Below, one piece after another: positions 26,467 to 36,280 of a stretch of 64,000 nt of DNA. The DNA comes from a virus. Lineage: Duplodnaviria; Caudoviricetes. Location: positions 6,406 to 70,405 of IMG/VR virus record IMGVR_UViG_3300017987_005475; one strand, 5' to 3'. Each line of letters opens with the position of its first letter. Positions within the stretch are counted from its first letter, which is position 1. The notes beneath the pieces were generated by a model that worked only from the letters and a program-made list of their open reading frames with translations, was not told where the DNA came from and made no database searches. A program made the translations under genes and the position numbers.

Positions 26467-28272
26467 CTACAACAATTTCTGAATTTCCATAGGACTCAAT
26501 CTTCTCAGGACCGCTTCATCTGTGTCGTCACCAAGCACTTCCGTCGACACCAATTCTTTGCCGTATAAGACCTTTCTGATGCGCTCTTCAATCGTGTCCC
26601 TGACAATGAAGTTGACAACAGTAACGGCGTTTTTCTGACCTGTTCGATGGGCGCGGTCTTCTCTCTGACGCATAATAGCAGGAGCCCAATTATCATCGTA
26701 GTTGACAACGTATGTGGCTCCCGTCAGATTCAAACCAGTGGACAACGCCTCTGTCCCAATGATAGCGTCGTACTTCGGATTTGTGTTGAACGTCTCCTGC
26801 ATAGCCGCCCGCTCTCGCGACGGGGTATCTCCATCGACCCGTAAAAAAGTCAATCCAAGATGCCTCAATTCACGGTCGATGATATTCAGCATCTGTTTGT
26901 ACTGGCTGAAAACAATGGCTTTCTGACCACCATAAAGAATCAGTTCCTCGACCAGTGCCAAAAAAACCGCCATCTTGGAAGACGGCATATCCTCCTCCAC
27001 CAACTCAGGATGGTCGCAAAACTGCTTGCATCGGATGACCCTCACCATTGCCTCGCTGTCTTCGCTACAAGGATGTTCACGCTTCGCAATGGCTTTGTAT
27101 GCCTTCATTTCCCGAGGGCTCAAGGTGACGAACTTATTCACGTAAGTCTTGTCGGGCAACTCGGCTAGCACGTCTTTTTTCAGGCGACGAATGAAAAACG
27201 GTTCAATTCGCTTGCGTACCTCGTCGATGTGTTTATACTTCTTCACACGCCCCCAGTAGTCAAATTCCGCGTGGCGCTGCAGAAAGCGCAACCGGGCAGC
27301 AAACAATCCAGGCTTCACAAAAGCCATCACACTGTGCAGTTCTTCGAGTCTACCATCAAGGGGTGTCCCAGTAAGGGCTATACGAAATAGCCCTTTCAAT
27401 TCCCTTACATGCTTCGTGCGCGCGCTGTTGAACGTCTTTATGTAATGCGCTTCGTCCAAAATGATGCAACCCCAAGCACGCTCGCGAATCGGTGATAGAA
27501 CGGCTTCCCGATGCTTTGCCTTGTTTATCTGCTTGACTTTGCGGGTGGCTACTTCGATGCTGTCGTCGTCTTTTACGGTGATTTTTTTTCCGCCAAACAA
27601 ATCCTGCGTCAAGAGTTCGTAATTCACCACGTAGAAATAAGGCGCTCCCTCTTTCTCAGTGTAGCGATACTTGCCGTTCTGCTTGCGGCGACAAGTGTAA
27701 ACCCCACGCCACTGCTTGACGCGCTCTTCTGGAGAGCCATCAATGACCACATATGGCTCGTTAGTGAATTTTTCAATTTCCAGCGGCCAATTCCATTTAA
27801 CTGCAGCCGGCACGACAATCAGACAGGACTTTTGCCCCCTTTCATAGCGCAAATAGCAACCACAAGCGAGCCCGATGACAGTCTTTCCGAGTCCCATCTC
27901 GTCCGCAATTAAGCAACACTCCCCGTTAGCCAGAAAGTACTTAACACCAAGTTTTTGATAGTTATACAGAACCTTCGTGATACCGCGCACTCGAAGTTGA
28001 ATAGGAGCATCACGTTTGGAGAGTTCCGTAATTTCCCGCAGACGCTCCTCTTTTTGTTGCTGCTCTTTGAAAGCCTGTTCGAGAGAGGCTTCAATGATGG
28101 GATTGGGAACCGCCGCCAACATCGTTTCGAAGTTGGCGATTGTAAGCGGCATAACCCACATTCGGGTTTTTCTGTCAAATGCCGCCCCCGCCCGCTTCAG
28201 TTGCGCGCGGTGTTCGTAGCAATCAAGAGCACACAGCATTCCCGCTCGCGCAAGAAGCATGGACATATTCAA
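26467..28272 (-). CDS. SNF2-family helicase/ATPase
   Basis: ADEMGLGKT, ILDEAH, LTGTP, FSQY, QREDRAHRTGQ. Confidence 0.95.
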   Translation of the reverse strand: MNMSMLLARAGMLCALDCYEHRAQLKRAGAAFDRKTRMWVMPLTIANFETMLAAVPNPIIEASLEQAFKEQQQKEERLREITELSKRDAPIQLRVRGITKVLYNYQKLGVKYFLANGECCLIADEMGLGKTVIGLACGCYLRYERGQKSCLIVVPAAVKWNWPLEIEKFTNEPYVVIDGSPEERVKQWRGVYTCRRKQNGKYRYTEKEGAPYFYVVNYELLTQDLFGGKKITVKDDDSIEVATRKVKQINKAKHREAVLSPIRERAWGCIILDEAHYIKTFNSARTKHVRELKGLFRIALTGTPLDGRLEELHSVMAFVKPGLFAARLRFLQRHAEFDYWGRVKKYKHIDEVRKRIEPFFIRRLKKDVLAELPDKTYVNKFVTLSPREMKAYKAIAKREHPCSEDSEAMVRVIRCKQFCDHPELVEEDMPSSKMAVFLALVEELILYGGQKAIVFSQYKQMLNIIDRELRHLGLTFLRVDGDTPSRERAAMQETFNTNPKYDAIIGTEALSTGLNLTGATYVVNYDDNWAPAIMRQREDRAHRTGQKNAVTVVNFIVRDTIEERIRKVLYGKELVSTEVLGDDTDEAVLRRLSPMEIQKLL

Positions 28273-28335
28273 TTCCCCGCTATGGCAATTCGCAGCCCAT
28301 ATTGTACGCGCAGGAAGATTTTTCTTGAGGAAAAA

Positions 28336-28857
28336 TCAGAGATTCACCGGTTGTTTGAGCAAAATGGTTCCCTCGGCTACCGTATAGACCTTTCCCGAAC
28401 CGACCTGAACCTTGATGTCGAAGACGTACTGCCTTCCGGTCTCCAGGGTAGAGGTGTCAGCGGGAACCAGGTAGAAATACATCTCGCCTTTGTTTGCTGC
28501 GCCGATTTCTCCCTCTCCCGCCACATCAGTTCGTTTCTGGAAAACAGCGACGGAATCATCTTTGCTCATCTTAGCCGTCAGCACCCCTATCGCACCGGTC
28601 AAATCAATCGCCGAGAGGCACCTATCTTTGACGTAGCAGACATAGGTCTTGTCATTCCCGGCGAAAAGAGATAGGCTTTGCAATACCATGTCACTTTTCT
28701 CCTTTGTTCTGTCAATCGTGCAAATAAGGGTCTCTGACCAATTCAATTCGCACTCTAACGTTTCAGGAACACCATATCTCGTATCCTCTGGCTCTGGAGG
28801 AAGCGGCCAGTCTTGATAGCGACCGTCAAGCCCCGGCGTGTTCATATCTAGCGTCAT
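28336..28857 (-). CDS. BppU-like Ig-fold baseplate/structural protein
   Basis: C-terminal YVFDIKVQVGSGKVYTVAEGTILL pattern; ATGA-coupled start at 28857. Confidence 0.55.
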   Translation of the reverse strand: MTLDMNTPGLDGRYQDWPLPPEPEDTRYGVPETLECELNWSETLICTIDRTKEKSDMVLQSLSLFAGNDKTYVCYVKDRCLSAIDLTGAIGVLTAKMSKDDSVAVFQKRTDVAGEGEIGAANKGEMYFYLVPADTSTLETGRQYVFDIKVQVGSGKVYTVAEGTILLKQPVNL

Positions 28858-29042
28858 TGTTTCTGCTCCTTTGCCATGTAGAACTCGCACCACCGACAAT
28901 CATCCTGCCGAACCTCGCGGCGCTTTTTCTCGCAAACACAGAAAACCACCTTCCTGATTTTACCGGTGCAACAACTCACCTCCCTAACCTGATGCCGACT
29001 TGCTAGAAGGCAAGATTCGATGTGTTTTTCCTCGTTCTTCAA
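28854..29042 (-). CDS. Small Cys-rich protein (62 aa)
   Basis: Seven Cys; 4-nt overlaps at both ends; paralog of the C-terminal half of 29039..29446. Confidence 0.72.
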   Translation of the reverse strand: MKNEEKHIESCLLASRHQVREVSCCTGKIRKVVFCVCEKKRREVRQDDCRWCEFYMAKEQKQ

Positions 29043-29446
29043 GTGGACGCCTCATAAGCATCGCAGTAGTTGCAGTCATCTACTTTCACCTGTTTCTTTT
29101 TTTTGGAGCACTGGCAAACCGTAACCTGTCGTGTTCTTCCGTGGCAACACTTTTCCTCGCTCGTCACATATTCTGACCCGTGCGCACAGGGAATAATCTT
29201 CACTGAAAGCGCGCGACCCTCCCTGAATACTTTTGCGGGCTTCCTTCGTTTCTTGGCTATTGACTCGCCATTTTCCAGGCGCGCTTGAAGAATTTGCTCT
29301 TTGCTGGCTCCCAAAGGCAATCCCAGAGGACAATCCCATGAGCCAAATCGTCCCTCTAACCCAATGCGAAATTCCGCCGTGTTTCTGCAAGCATAACACA
29401 AAGAGCGACATTTACAGTGGGCAGTAGTCGTAAAATCTTCCATCAT
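29039..29446 (-). CDS. Cys-rich protein (135 aa)
   Basis: Two Cys clusters; coupled to the fibre gene. Confidence 0.75.
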   Translation of the reverse strand: MMEDFTTTAHCKCRSLCYACRNTAEFRIGLEGRFGSWDCPLGLPLGASKEQILQARLENGESIAKKRRKPAKVFREGRALSVKIIPCAHGSEYVTSEEKCCHGRTRQVTVCQCSKKKKQVKVDDCNYCDAYEAST

Positions 29447-32400
29447 GCCTCCGAAACGATGATGGTGCCTCCCGTCCCGTAGCGATACATGTAATCAGGA
29501 CCAGCACATACCCACATATAACCGTTGAATGTCGCGCCCCAATCGCCCGGAGGATCATCAGCCATGTTCGGTTCTATGGTAACCGGATGAGCGCGAAAGT
29601 CATAGTCGCAACAATCATACGGACCCAGCGAACTTGTCTCATCGTTATAGTATAGAGATGCCAAATCACAAAGCCCCACATCCCAACCTATTCCCACCTC
29701 GCTGACCGGAGAGCCAATGCGATACCAGAGAAGCAAGTTTCCTGGTACGAGATTACACTCTCCCGTCGTCAGATTCTTACTCCCCCATTTGTAGCCGTAG
29801 GGTTCGTTTGTTTGCCACCAACACGGATTGTAATAGTCCATCGCCCAAGTGCGAGACAACGCTGCCGAAGCCGTCACTGGGTCGGACTGAACACAGCCCG
29901 GATTCGTAAACCACCCCACCCAATAAGCATCTGGTATAAAAGGAGGAAAAGGGGGAACGTAGCCTATGTTAGGACGTAGGGTAATGCCGCTGACTGACAT
30001 TTGCAATTGTGGAGTATATGCCAGACAGTAATCCGGGCAGCCTTCTTTTTCCATTGCTCCCAGTGCTTCGTTCAAGGTCTGAAACGGCTCCCAGGGAATC
30101 TCGTCCCCCGTACAAGACCACGAAAAACCGACCCCTGAGATGTCGTAACAGCCACCATCAGCCATCGTATTAAACAAGTCGTACCACTCTTCCAACTTAG
30201 CCTTGACTGTGCCGGCGCTGTCCGTTTCTCCGATAACGCTGATAGAGGGCAGTGTCAAATCTCGACACCGAAGACACCTTGTCGCGTCAACTAGCCGCAT
30301 GTACAACGTATTCATCTTCCGTGGGGTCATACAAGCCGCCACCAAGTGATTCGGCGACATGTACGACTTCATCAGCGTTTGTCGATGGATGTAAGGTCCA
30401 CTCCACCGCGCCCACAAAACCTCACTACGACCATGAATATTAGCATCGTTACCCATTGCATCCTGCTTGATAATGTCCACCGGATAGTTGATGCTGGTTG
30501 ATGCTACCTCATAATCCCAGTCAAAGGGCACAGTGGCACAATCCGTTCCCACGGTTAGTCTCTTTGCCTCGTATTCCCCGGGCATTTCAACGCCAGGAAG
30601 GTCAAGATGCATTGCCGTTTGCCCACATATCCAAGATTGTGAACACGTACCATAGATGTCATTCGGGTCAGGTGGCAACGGCGCATCGTGAGTGAGAACG
30701 TAAAAAGTAAAGGATCCCGACTGACCCGACTGTTTTCCTGTCGCCGTCGCAGTCACAGTGCCAGGCTTACGAATCTGCATGATATTGGTGTCATGACAGA
30801 AACTCGCGACAGTTGACGGAGAGGCAGACCAGGAGAATTTCAAGTCATCGTAACAACTCTCGGCAGACCAGGTAATGCAAGTGCCAACCAAAACGTCCCC
30901 GGATTCCCATGCTGAACTCAACCGGAGATAGTAAGTTCCTGTGCTGTTCGAGGGTTGTATCGCCGCGCCAACGTCCTCCAAAATGTTCACCGCGAGCCCC
31001 AAACTGACCGCTCTGTCTGGATAACTGTCAGAGGCAGCCCACACGAACTCAATTCCGACAGTTAATCCCGTCATTGTGTTCCCACTGAACGAAAGCCTGG
31101 TGCCATAACTCGTATGCCAAGTAAACGTATCCGGACGACCACTCACCCATCTCGGAACAATGCTTTTGGTTTCCCCCACGTGCAGTGCGTTGCAGGCGGT
31201 AAGCATAATCTCATCAGGATACACCCAGAAGTCAGTATCCTGCAGTTCCCACCTGTCCGCCGTGCTCCCACTCCAAATGCCACTGTCAGCCCCTTGATAA
31301 CGCAGTCGGATAGTGCCACCAGAAAAATAAGGGTACGCCGTCAATACGTGCGTGGTTATGACACCAGTCGAAGGATCAATATCCGCAACGTCGGCTCCAC
31401 CGTCCAGGCTCCAGTTATACGAATGGTCGATGGCGTTAACAGTCTCCGCAATAGCCGTTTCAGAATCTATGTGCAACACGCCATTCCAAAAACCGCGCAA
31501 CCGAACAACTCCGTAAGTCTCTTGCTCGTAGACATTTAGTGCGATGGTGCTGGTGATGCCCGAATCATCACCTGTTGCCACGATGTTGGTACTCCCCGCT
31601 GCAACCGCGCTAACTCCCCCGCCGGCAGACACGGTAGCGACCGACTCATTGGAAGATGACCAGGAGATAGATTCGGCTGTGCCTATTTTTGTCGCAGTAA
31701 AGGCGCTGCCATCTCCTACCTCCATTACGCGCCGCCCAGAAACAACAATCAACTCGTCACCGTCTGCGTAAACCCGGATGGACGTGCTTGACTGGGAGTA
31801 GGTATCATCGCCCACCACTTCCACCTCAGCCGTACCAGGCGTGTTGCCGGTTAAAACCCCCGTCGGCGAAATGCTCCCCGCGCCAGTTGCTGACCACTCG
31901 TAGGAAGGGTCCGAAACCAGAGTCGTGGATGCCAATAACGTGATATTTGCGCCCACTTTGACAGCGTTTGCGCCTGAAATATCTATGACCACATACAAGT
32001 CGCGGTAGGAGCCCAATTCGAAATAGCCATCAACACCGCTGTTGAGTCCTACCGCTCGAACCGCAAAGTAACCCCTGTACGGTCCATATGGAGAAGGAGT
32101 AGTCTGCCAGGTAATCAGATTTGAGCGAATGATGACCGATGCAGGCTCCCCAGGCACGGGCTCTATGGTAAACGTGTCATCAGAATTAGAGGGCTCCTGC
32201 AACCAATAACTGGCATACGACCATTCAACCGACCACTCGTATTCCGTGTCGGTCAAATCGGGGCTAACCGTCTCCGCTGTGAATTTTGCGCCCTCTCCCT
32301 GCATAAGACGATTGACGCCCTTGATTTTGACCCAATCGTATCGCCTTATAACGGGAGCATAGGTATTCAACACCGAACTCCCTCCCGCCCTGACAATCCC

Positions 32401-34230
32401 CAATCCGTAGTAAATCGAATTACTGTAGATACCGGTCGTGTCGCACAGGCAGGTTTTGGTCAGAGGATAATGAGGCTCTATGATGACCTCAAAGCATCCA
32501 ACAGCACAAGATTGATTTCCAAACGCCTGTAGGACACCAGTTTCGTTGATGTAAGCAGTATTCCCAACGTTCTGAGGTCCGACAGTGTAATCCGTATCAG
32601 AAGCGCCGACAGTGCTGAGTGTCAATGGAATGCCGTCGCGAATGGCAGAGGACACTACCTGATATGGTCCTTCTATCTGAACGTAGGAATCAGGAGCCAT
32701 GCGGGAATAAGTCTCAGCAGGATATCCACCATCGTAGGATTGCCGCGATATGTCCCGCCAGGTGCCCTTGTTTGTGTAGCCCGTATCATTCCCGACGACA
32801 CTGATTTCAACCCTGGGAAGAGAATAGGAACTGGAAATGGAACCGTCGCCCGTGATGTCGGTTGCGAGGTGACATTTGATACACCTTATCTCAGCCTGGT
32901 TTCCTGTGGCGCTGACTATTTCGAAATTCTCGGACCTGTTGACGCTCCAGGTGTAACTCGTGTCTGTGCCGCCAATAGTCTCTGCCGTAAAGGTCGCCGT
33001 TGTTCCGTTTACAATGTGTGTGGGACCAGTAATCTTTACCAAGCCGTATGTGTAATGTTCTGACCACGCCGAGGTAACCGTTATCTCGTGGTAAAGCCCA
33101 CTATCGAGCCCCTCCGCAGAAAGAGTCGCGGTGCCGATATAGCGAACATTGAAAAACCACGTTATTGATTTCACCAAATACATCACATTGCTATTGTCAG
33201 AAGCGAGGGTGTAACCGCTATCTGTCGCATTTACGGTGACGATTTGCAAAGAACCACCGTTCTCATATATGTATTTGGATTTCAATACCGGAGGATTTTC
33301 ATAGACAAAATAAACATAGGGAGTGCCTGGGGCAAACACGCGCACCACCATGACTTCTGATTCACCAGTATCGTTGCCCGTAGCCGTAATCGTCGTTGTC
33401 CCGGAAGCCAGCGCTGTAAATTCCCCGCCCTCGTCAATCTCTCCGACGCTGGGATTTGATGATGTCCAGGCGTAACCACTGTCAGAGCCCCGGAACGTCC
33501 TGGCTGTGAAAACAGAAGTGTCACCGACTTCGTAACCGTCGCGCCCTGTAACCAAGACCATCGGTTCCACCCATGCCTCTTCGAGCACGACAAGGTCAAT
33601 CTCTGTTGCCTGATTCCCGGGACCATATGACCTGAGAGTAACGCCCAATCCTCTCAACCGCGAATCAAAATAATGGTTTACGGTCGCCCCTTCAAGCGCT
33701 CGCAGGGTATTTGGAGCCGGCAGCGATAGTGCAGAGGCTGTACTGGGAGACGCCCCCTCTGAGCCCATCCACGGCCACCGCAGGAGATACTGAGTTGTCA
33801 GCCCAACATCGACCGGCGTGATATCCTGTTCTTCACCGGCAAACATCACGCGCGAGAAGGAAGTGAGATAAGCAACACGAGGCGTAACCGTCACATCGTC
33901 GTAGGTGAAAAGCGTAGCCGTCCCTGAAACATTCAGATAGTCGTAGCCTCCTCCGGCTACTTCCTTTCGGCGCTGTTCCAGGTAGGTAATCGTAACCCTG
34001 ACTACTTCGGAGGCAGAGGCGGTTACGGTAAAATCACCAGTGTCCTCATCAATTGAAATGCGGCTGCTGTCGCTGGTACTCCACGCGCTGTCAAAAACGT
34101 CATAACCACTTGGAATGTGTCCTATCAGCGTTTTTGCGAAACCACCACTCTCCCCGACAAACCACGTGCCCTTTCCGGTCATCTGATAGAATGGGTTGTT
34201 CGTCTCGTAATTGCCGAAGGAAACGGTCAT
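29443..34230 (-). CDS. Large tail fibre/adhesin with Big_2-type Ig repeats and Cys/Trp-rich C-terminus (about 1595 aa)
   Basis: Recurrent FTA.T..G.D..Y.W.SS...V..I...G..TA...G...I.ATG.D.G pattern; start ATG 34230 overlaps upstream stop. Confidence 0.8.
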   Translation of the reverse strand: MTVSFGNYETNNPFYQMTGKGTWFVGESGGFAKTLIGHIPSGYDVFDSAWSTSDSSRISIDEDTGDFTVTASASEVVRVTITYLEQRRKEVAGGGYDYLNVSGTATLFTYDDVTVTPRVAYLTSFSRVMFAGEEQDITPVDVGLTTQYLLRWPWMGSEGASPSTASALSLPAPNTLRALEGATVNHYFDSRLRGLGVTLRSYGPGNQATEIDLVVLEEAWVEPMVLVTGRDGYEVGDTSVFTARTFRGSDSGYAWTSSNPSVGEIDEGGEFTALASGTTTITATGNDTGESEVMVVRVFAPGTPYVYFVYENPPVLKSKYIYENGGSLQIVTVNATDSGYTLASDNSNVMYLVKSITWFFNVRYIGTATLSAEGLDSGLYHEITVTSAWSEHYTYGLVKITGPTHIVNGTTATFTAETIGGTDTSYTWSVNRSENFEIVSATGNQAEIRCIKCHLATDITGDGSISSSYSLPRVEISVVGNDTGYTNKGTWRDISRQSYDGGYPAETYSRMAPDSYVQIEGPYQVVSSAIRDGIPLTLSTVGASDTDYTVGPQNVGNTAYINETGVLQAFGNQSCAVGCFEVIIEPHYPLTKTCLCDTTGIYSNSIYYGLGIVRAGGSSVLNTYAPVIRRYDWVKIKGVNRLMQGEGAKFTAETVSPDLTDTEYEWSVEWSYASYWLQEPSNSDDTFTIEPVPGEPASVIIRSNLITWQTTPSPYGPYRGYFAVRAVGLNSGVDGYFELGSYRDLYVVIDISGANAVKVGANITLLASTTLVSDPSYEWSATGAGSISPTGVLTGNTPGTAEVEVVGDDTYSQSSTSIRVYADGDELIVVSGRRVMEVGDGSAFTATKIGTAESISWSSSNESVATVSAGGGVSAVAAGSTNIVATGDDSGITSTIALNVYEQETYGVVRLRGFWNGVLHIDSETAIAETVNAIDHSYNWSLDGGADVADIDPSTGVITTHVLTAYPYFSGGTIRLRYQGADSGIWSGSTADRWELQDTDFWVYPDEIMLTACNALHVGETKSIVPRWVSGRPDTFTWHTSYGTRLSFSGNTMTGLTVGIEFVWAASDSYPDRAVSLGLAVNILEDVGAAIQPSNSTGTYYLRLSSAWESGDVLVGTCITWSAESCYDDLKFSWSASPSTVASFCHDTNIMQIRKPGTVTATATGKQSGQSGSFTFYVLTHDAPLPPDPNDIYGTCSQSWICGQTAMHLDLPGVEMPGEYEAKRLTVGTDCATVPFDWDYEVASTSINYPVDIIKQDAMGNDANIHGRSEVLWARWSGPYIHRQTLMKSYMSPNHLVAACMTPRKMNTLYMRLVDATRCLRCRDLTLPSISVIGETDSAGTVKAKLEEWYDLFNTMADGGCYDISGVGFSWSCTGDEIPWEPFQTLNEALGAMEKEGCPDYCLAYTPQLQMSVSGITLRPNIGYVPPFPPFIPDAYWVGWFTNPGCVQSDPVTASAALSRTWAMDYYNPCWWQTNEPYGYKWGSKNLTTGECNLVPGNLLLWYRIGSPVSEVGIGWDVGLCDLASLYYNDETSSLGPYDCCDYDFRAHPVTIEPNMADDPPGDWGATFNGYMWVCAGPDYMYRYGTGGTIIVSEA

Positions 34231-35135
34231 GTGCAGGTTTCCCAAGTGCCCGGAGCATCAATTTCCACACGCCGCTCTGCCGAAATACTGTAAAGACCAC
34301 CTGCTGAGTCATAAGTGAAATCCTGATAGTACGCATACAGGTAGGACCCATGGAAAGAAGCCCCTGTCTGTACCGTCACAATCACACCATCATAGTCCGC
34401 AGCATCGTCCACCCTGTTCCACGTGACGTTTCTGGCTGGCGAAAGGTGCTCGCCCGCATAGGTAAGGTCTTTGGGGTCAACAGGTTCCGAGGCGGTTGCT
34501 CCTCCTGTGCCGGCAAAGTCAATTATCGGCACACCATCGGAAAAGCCTTCAACAGGAGATAACCGCACTGCCTTAATTTCCGGCTTGGTAAAAATTGGCA
34601 GATAGTCGTAACCGTCGACAGCATCCTGCACGCTTCCGCCGCTGACGTGATATCTGTTTATCGCCCCGCTGCAGCAACACAATGCTCGCCACGCTTTTTT
34701 CGTTGCGTCAAAATCCGATTCGTCAATCCAGTAAAGCGTCCCTTCGGTATCGTCATATTCCGGTGGGGTTCCTGATGGCTCGACCTCAAAGTTGGTCCAG
34801 AACCACAGCATGAGAGTATTCGTATCAGAATCATAGGTCAGAGTCGGACTGATAACCTCTCGCAATGGCTTCAGAGCAGTGGCGGATTCTTTGTAGGTTG
34901 CACACCGTAATCCGTTTGCAAACTCACCATCCGCCAGTGAACGACCACACATCAGAACGCGCTCATTGGTGCTCGGAGCGTCGGTGGCATTCATCTCCCC
35001 CATTAGGTTGCCGCCGTCCCAGTCATAGACGTTCATCTCGCTAACGTCCTCTGTCAGGCGGTCAGGGGTGAAACAAAAGGTGTCAACGTCCCGGTAGACA
35101 ATCGTTTCGGGTTGACGGGATATATGGACGACCAT
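34227..35135 (-). CDS. Putative tail/baseplate protein (302 aa)
   Basis: Acidic, aromatic beta-rich ORF in the tail operon. Confidence 0.65.
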   Translation of the reverse strand: MVVHISRQPETIVYRDVDTFCFTPDRLTEDVSEMNVYDWDGGNLMGEMNATDAPSTNERVLMCGRSLADGEFANGLRCATYKESATALKPLREVISPTLTYDSDTNTLMLWFWTNFEVEPSGTPPEYDDTEGTLYWIDESDFDATKKAWRALCCCSGAINRYHVSGGSVQDAVDGYDYLPIFTKPEIKAVRLSPVEGFSDGVPIIDFAGTGGATASEPVDPKDLTYAGEHLSPARNVTWNRVDDAADYDGVIVTVQTGASFHGSYLYAYYQDFTYDSAGGLYSISAERRVEIDAPGTWETCT

Positions 35136-35144
35136 GGCGCTTCC

Positions 35145-36047
35145 TCAAACAGATTCGTAGAAAACGGTTATGCTAATCGGAACACCTGCCTCACCGTCGT
35201 TATAAATGCAAATCGTCATGTCTTCCATGACGCGCACCGCAACCTGTCCAACCAGGAAAGTGGGTCCTTGCCCTTCCCATACTTTCTCATGCACCACAAC
35301 CCCATGGACACCTTTGACTCGTCCGTCCTTGACTGTAACCCCTGTACTGCCACCGGTCAGTTCATCCACAACAAGCACGTTTCTCTCGATAGCACGGTTC
35401 AAGAGCCCATTGCCGCCCTTGTTGAAAAGCAGCACGTCTTCATGCTCGCCATTGGAACGGTCAAGTCGCCCCCACAAGGAGTCCAAAATCGTCGCCTTGG
35501 TTTGTTGAAGATGCTCGCCGTGAGGGTCCTGAGCGTCGCCGGTGTGTTTTGCAAGGTCATTAGCATAGAATTTTCCGGGTGGTTGCGCATCAAGAATTGG
35601 CGACTTCCCGGTTAGGTCAAGGGTAGCAAGCAAGAGATAAGTCGGGATTGAATGGGCATAAGGGAGGGTCTTGGCAACAGGAGTAAACGCGCTTTCATCC
35701 TCGTAAAGATGAGAAGTAGCCGCGACATAGAGATAGTATTTCCTCCCGGAACTCAGATTCTCCCACATGATTGGCTCAGGAGTGTAACAATAGCCGCCAT
35801 TCAAAACGCCCTCCAAGGAGACATTTTGACCAGTCCTCGATAAAAGAACGGTGCGACTCCCGTTGTAGTTATCAATGACGCGGTAGTTCCCATCCTGAAA
35901 GACGCAACATTTGATCCCTTTGGTGCCGGCAAGAAGTTGGTTTTCGATGATATTGGCTCGCCGTTGTTCCTGGGCGGCGCTCATGAAAGTGCCATCTTGC
36001 ATGTAGGGAATGCCAAAAACAGGAGTTTTCTTGTACGGCTTCGCCAT
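35145..36047 (-). CDS. Putative tail fibre/baseplate protein
   Basis: Start MAKPYKK after GAGGAG; tail operon context. Confidence 0.6.
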   Translation of the reverse strand: MAKPYKKTPVFGIPYMQDGTFMSAAQEQRRANIIENQLLAGTKGIKCCVFQDGNYRVIDNYNGSRTVLLSRTGQNVSLEGVLNGGYCYTPEPIMWENLSSGRKYYLYVAATSHLYEDESAFTPVAKTLPYAHSIPTYLLLATLDLTGKSPILDAQPPGKFYANDLAKHTGDAQDPHGEHLQQTKATILDSLWGRLDRSNGEHEDVLLFNKGGNGLLNRAIERNVLVVDELTGGSTGVTVKDGRVKGVHGVVVHEKVWEGQGPTFLVGQVAVRVMEDMTICIYNDGEAGVPISITVFYESV

Positions 36048-36057
36048 TTTGTTCTCC

Positions 36058-36258
36058 TCATGTCCCCGCGCATTCGTCACCGCCGCAGGTAGACTGTCCG
36101 CAGCAGAACGTGCCTTTGCGTTTTCGTTTCTTCTTTGCGCTGCTCTTGCCGGCGCTGGTTGCGTTAATGATTTTGCTCATCGGCGTCATGGCTGCGCTTT
36201 TTGCAATGGACCGATTTATGAACCAGCGATTTGCCGAACTACGGTTGCGAAAAAACAT
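36058..36258 (-). CDS. Small basic peptide with Cys-rich C-terminus (66 aa)
   Basis: Fills the gap between two genes; GAGG upstream of ATG; KKKRKRKGTFCCGQSTCGGDEC. Confidence 0.45.
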   Translation of the reverse strand: MFFRNRSSANRWFINRSIAKSAAMTPMSKIINATSAGKSSAKKKRKRKGTFCCGQSTCGGDECAGT

Positions 36259-36270
36259 TTTGCACCCTCG

Positions 36271-36280
36271 ATTATACCAA
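36271..36280 (-). promoter_or_regulatory. TTGGTATAAT copy overlapping the stop codon of the hub gene
   Basis: Identical to the three intergenic copies, but partly dictated by coding sequence (KLV-stop). Confidence 0.4.
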
